Assembly (NCBI GenBank): GCA_024626585.2
Contig: JANKJI020000004.1
Location: forward strand, 103,421,589 to 103,446,305
Source of the DNA: Ginkgo biloba
Taxonomy: Eukaryota > Plantae > Ginkgophyta
DNA length: 24,717 bases
Direction: 5' to 3'
Below are positions 20,645 through 24,717 of the stretch, in pieces (the first letter of the stretch is position 1; the number at the start of each line of letters is the position of its first letter). The notes beneath the pieces were generated by a model that saw only the letters and a program-made list of their open reading frames with translations, made no database searches and had not been told where the DNA came from. The translations under genes were made by a program, and so were the position numbers.

Positions 20645-20916
20645 TGAAAGCATCTGGAAAATCTTTAGTTTCTTGGCTTGGGAGATTGCGCGTCGAGACT
20701 CTAGAGGATAAGGATTATAAAGGGTAATAGTGGGCATATTGGCCCTTCTCTCCAGATTAGCCCTCTGTTAGGAATGTGTTGTGTAACGATGACAATAATG
20801 GCTCTAAGATCCCAAATTGACTAGAACCACCAGTTTATATCTTACGTCATCTCAATCAACCATTATGATATGCAATACTAATGATGGAGTTGGGATCAAT
20901 TCAATGGTATCAGAGC
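20645..20916 (+). mobile_element. Short 5' LTR followed by tRNA-iMet primer-binding site
   Basis: TGAA(20645)...TTCA(20903) with TATA-like tataaag at ~20715, then TGGTATCAGAGC at 20905-20916. The LTR left boundary is tentative. Confidence 0.65.
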
Positions 20917-21064
20917 GATCTTGTAGTTGGATCACTATCACGAGGGCTAGAACAAGTTTTTGGAAGCTTGTCGATAGCGACTTTTCTAGCAATGTGTTGC
21001 ATGCCTCTTATAGACTTTTCATCAAACACTTAGAATGTCTGCTCCTTATGACATTCTTTAATCA

Positions 21065-21437
21065 TGACATAAATGGCAAGACAAAGACTTATGGAAAAAA
21101 ATATCAAAAGATACTTGTCTATATTACACAGAGTTGCAACAGATAAAGAGGAAAAGTTTCAAGGATACCATGTCTCTAAAGTAGACTTTGTGAGGCTGAA
21201 ACCTTCCACACCAGTGGTGCCTACTCTAACAAAGTTTTTCAGAAATGTACTCTGATCAACCACAGCCTAAAATGCCTGTGCTGTTACAAAACTTATGTAT
21301 TTATAGGATGCTAGATAGCGTAAGCAGTTTCGAAACAGTTGCTGGGAAGTTCCAAGCAGTCGCTTGACAGTTTGGGAATAATTGTTGGATAGTTTAAAAA
21401 CTGTCAAAACTATTCATATATCTATGTCTCCAGATCA
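21065..21437 (-). mobile_element. 3' LTR of the minus-strand gypsy element
   Basis: On the minus strand a PPT-like aagagggga (21450-21442) is followed by TGA at 21437, with cctataaata at ~21299-21308. The left boundary is tentative. Confidence 0.55.
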
Positions 21438-21454
21438 GTTGTCCCCTCTTAAAG

Positions 21455-23450
21455 AGGCAATGGTCTCCATTGGCTTTAATTCGAGAAACTTTGCTTTCTT
21501 TTGCTATTCCGTATACCACTTGGCCAAGTTCAGTGATTGTCTTGTAGCCGCAATGTGGTACATAGGCAACACTTTGTGTTGAGTCTTCTTACCTTGTGTC
21601 CTTAAAATTGTTGGGCATTGCATGTGCATCATGCATTCAAAGTCCAAATCTTTAGGTCTAGTTGATGTTGAGCTTTGTTCCAACAATGGAGGATAGCAAG
21701 GTTTGAGAAGCTTGACATTGAATGCTAGATAAAGCCCAAGATATGTTGGGATGTTCAACTCAAAAGCATTTTCTCCCACTGCTTTCATTATGGTGTGGGG
21801 GCCATAGCATATGGGAAGTAGGTTCTTATTTACACCTTTGAACCACTCTTTGTTGAGTTGAAGTCAAACCTTTTCATTCACTTGAAAGTGATGTTGCTTT
21901 CAATGTTGATTGTGTCACAACTTATACTTTTGTTGTGTCTTTTGTAATGTCAAAAACTTGTCGATGGATGTATTGAATTTGCTTGATGAATTGTTGTACT
22001 TTCTCTTGTTCTTGTTGTTGCTTCTTTGTTGCTACATCATTGGACAACATGTAAGCAATGCCTATATGTGCATGGGGTTGAAACCCTAAGCCAACTTCCG
22101 ATGGGTTGCATCCAATCAAACCATGGATTGTTCAATTATATGTATGTATGGAAGGTTATCATCCCATGTGGTTGGGTGTCAATAATGTTACATTCACAAT
22201 CAATTGACAACTTTGCTTTGGTCATCAGTTTGCAAATGAAATGTTATTCTCCGTTGCAACTTAGTGTCAAGAAGGCTCCACAACATCTCATGGAATTTGG
22301 AAAGGAATTTGAAACCATGATTGAACACAATGGTTATTGGCAATCCAAAGTATACCCATACATTCTGGAAGAACAACTTTATTGCTTTAGGTGTGGGTAT
22401 TATCTTCCTGCATGGAATCCTTATCAGCATCTTTGAAAAGCAATCAACACCAACAAAGGTGTTGTCATGTTGTCTATTTATAGTCAAAGTCCCTAAGGAA
22501 ATCCACAGAAATGGATTCTCAAGGTATATCTAGTGCTCGTAGAATTAATATAGCCCTAGGGGCTTATTTGTCAACTTAGCTATGCAACAAGCCACTCAGG
22601 ACCTATCATAGCTTGTCACGTCCTTTTGCATCCTTGACTAGTAGAAGTGCTTTTGCAAGTTAAGTAGTCTTTTGCTTTCCAAAGTGTCTAGCAACTTTGG
22701 ATTATAGCCTTGTTGTATCAATCTCTTTCTCAACTCTCTTGTGGGAACACAAATTTTTCCAAGATGGAACAACACACGAGAAAGAAATCATCAACAAACT
22801 TACCATCCTTCAAAGATGTATAAGTATTTCTCAAGTTTGGGTCTATTGGGTACATTTCTTTGCACTCATCATAATTACAACCTTGTGCATCAAGAATTTC
22901 TCACAAAAAATTGATTGGAGGTCGACTAAGACAATTCGCAACACGGTTGTACCCTTCTTATATTTGATAATAAGATGGAATTGTTATAGGTAGGACACTC
23001 ACTTCATGTGTTGATGTTCCTAAATTTTGGACTGGGACTAGAGAAGCTTAAGTGGTTGATGGTCAATATGTACTACAATTTCTTGTCCTAGAAGATAATG
23101 TCACTAATACTTTAAAGCCTAGACAAGAGTATAGAGCTCTTTATTGTACATAGAATAGTTGGATTTAGAAGCAATGAAGGTTTACAAATGTAGGACACTA
23201 ATCTACCTCCCTACTTAATTACTACACCCATTGCATATTGAGATGCATCAATCTCGACCTTGAAAGGAAGTCCAACATCAGGAAGTACTACCACTGGAGA
23301 AGAACAAAGAGAGTCCTTCAATTTGTCAAATCTTTTTTGCTGTGAAGGTGTCCAAAGGAAGGCTCTCAACTTTTGTGTCAACTTTAAAAGAGTACATATT
23401 ATCTCGGAGTAGTAAGGAATAAACTGCTTATAAAAAATTATGAGGCCCCC
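21455..23450 (-). mobile_element. Degraded Ty3/gypsy pol (RT end - RNase H - integrase - GPY/F - chromodomain-like tail), chromovirus-like
   Basis: RH: PFKVEIDASQYAMG. INT: VGVDCFSKM, FFQNVWVYFGLP, FHLQTDDQSKVVN. GPY/F module: YGPHTIMKAVGENAFEL. Domain order is RT-RH-INT with many stops and frameshifts. Confidence 0.92.
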
Positions 23451-24301
23451 GGGGGGGTCACTTAGTTATAAAATCTCAAAACACGTGCGTGATAGTCATA
23501 ATNNNNNNNNNNNNNNNNNNNNNNNNNNNNNNNNNNNNNNNNNNNNNNNNNNNNNNNNNNNNNNNNNNNNNNNNNNNNNNNNNNNNNNNNNNNNNNNNNN
23601 NNATAGTGAGTTGGTTTCTTGGGAAAAAGACAAAAGCTGACTGTTCAAGGAAAAAGACGAACAATGAGTTGGTTGTTCTGGAAAAAGACAAAATAGCAGT
23701 CGGTTTTTCTAGTCATGTTGAAAAGACCCCATTTCCTTTTCCCATCAACTGACATAAAATTCGAACTGCTACCATTTTTCTATTTACAATGACGGACTAT
23801 CATCTCCCAGTGGGAAAGTGACTTGCATGTACTTCGGTTCACTTGCCAATGGATAGGTAATTGATGCATGTTCTCTCTTGTGGTTGATCGACAATGGGGT
23901 CCAGAGGGTCTTTGAGACTTTGCAATAGTTGTAAGTAAGCTTGGAGAAGCTTAATTTTTTTCTGAGAATGTTTGGGATCACTTTGAATAACAATGACCCT
24001 GTGAGGTGTTCTGAGATCTTGCAAGGTTTCAAAGGACATAGGAGGGTTTCACGACCTACAATCGCCCAACAGATGATCGCTAGAAAACTTGAGAGACGCT
24101 GTTTAATCATGAAAACTAGGAGATGCTTGAAACACCTAGAGACGGTTGCAAATTAGCTTGAAAAAGGGTTATTTTTGGCTGGAACCGCGCTACACACTAA
24201 TAAATCAAGAATCTGACGGACTATGCGATGCTTCCAAATGCCCTGTCTCTGGAAAGCCGTATGCGATACTAGGCAAGTTTGAGAAAAAGGATTGGTAGCC
24301 C

Positions 24302-24717
24302 ACTTTGATACCAATTAATGTATCGACTGGATAGGATTTGAATGGATATGAATTCTAATAGGTGGAGGCAAAAAGAAACTTGGCACACATCAAGGGAAAA
24401 TATGAGTGCTGCAAAATATCACATTACACATAAGAATTGGATCTCAAGATTGCAACATTGTTTCATCAATTAAATGATAATAAAATTTTTAAAAATAATT
24501 TCAAAGGCTGCCTTAAATGAAAGAGCCAAAGTCTCAAAATAGAGTAGATAGCCATGCAAGCATGTTCGTGTACCATGCAAAACATGTTCTTGCACCATTC
24601 ATACAAATTAAAGTAATTACAATGTACTAAGGGATTTATTTATGCAAAGAACCCTTGACCATAGTGAAGTGTAGAGTGATTCACACAATGAATGGTGGAG
24701 ACTATGCCAACTAATAG
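24302..24717 (-). mobile_element. tRNA-iMet-like PBS (24313-24302) and adjacent 5' LTR running off the window
   Basis: The minus strand reads TGGTATCAAAGT, two transitions from TGGTATCAGAGC. The adjacent LTR CA end appears mutated to TA. Confidence 0.55.

Overview
Repeat-rich eukaryotic draft-assembly sequence with nine N-gaps, most consistent with a large-genome land plant (gymnosperm-like; inferred from intron size and TE content). The only host gene I can support is an AIG1/IAN (GIMAP-family) immune-associated GTPase on the minus strand. Three internal coding exons are present (20404-20130, 4226-4062, 3977-3846) with canonical GT-AG sites and compatible phases. They are separated by a ~15.9 kb intron and an 84 nt intron. 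The first exon(s) carrying the P-loop and the usual terminal exon are not visible. The rest is intronic and filled with nested, degraded LTR-retrotransposon pieces: a Ty3/gypsy RT-RH-INT remnant, a Tat-type additional RNase H, a multi-zinc-knuckle gag, a protease joined to an uncharacterised extra ORF, solo LTRs (one with an exact TSD) and two tRNA-iMet primer-binding sites. There are also tandem duplications and a CpG-rich palindromic 43-bp array. I see no convincing evidence of a new biological system. The best leads are the giant TE-filled intron, a candidate alternative terminal exon inside a 620-bp duplication, and the unusual retroelement architectures. All alignments and translations were done by eye.
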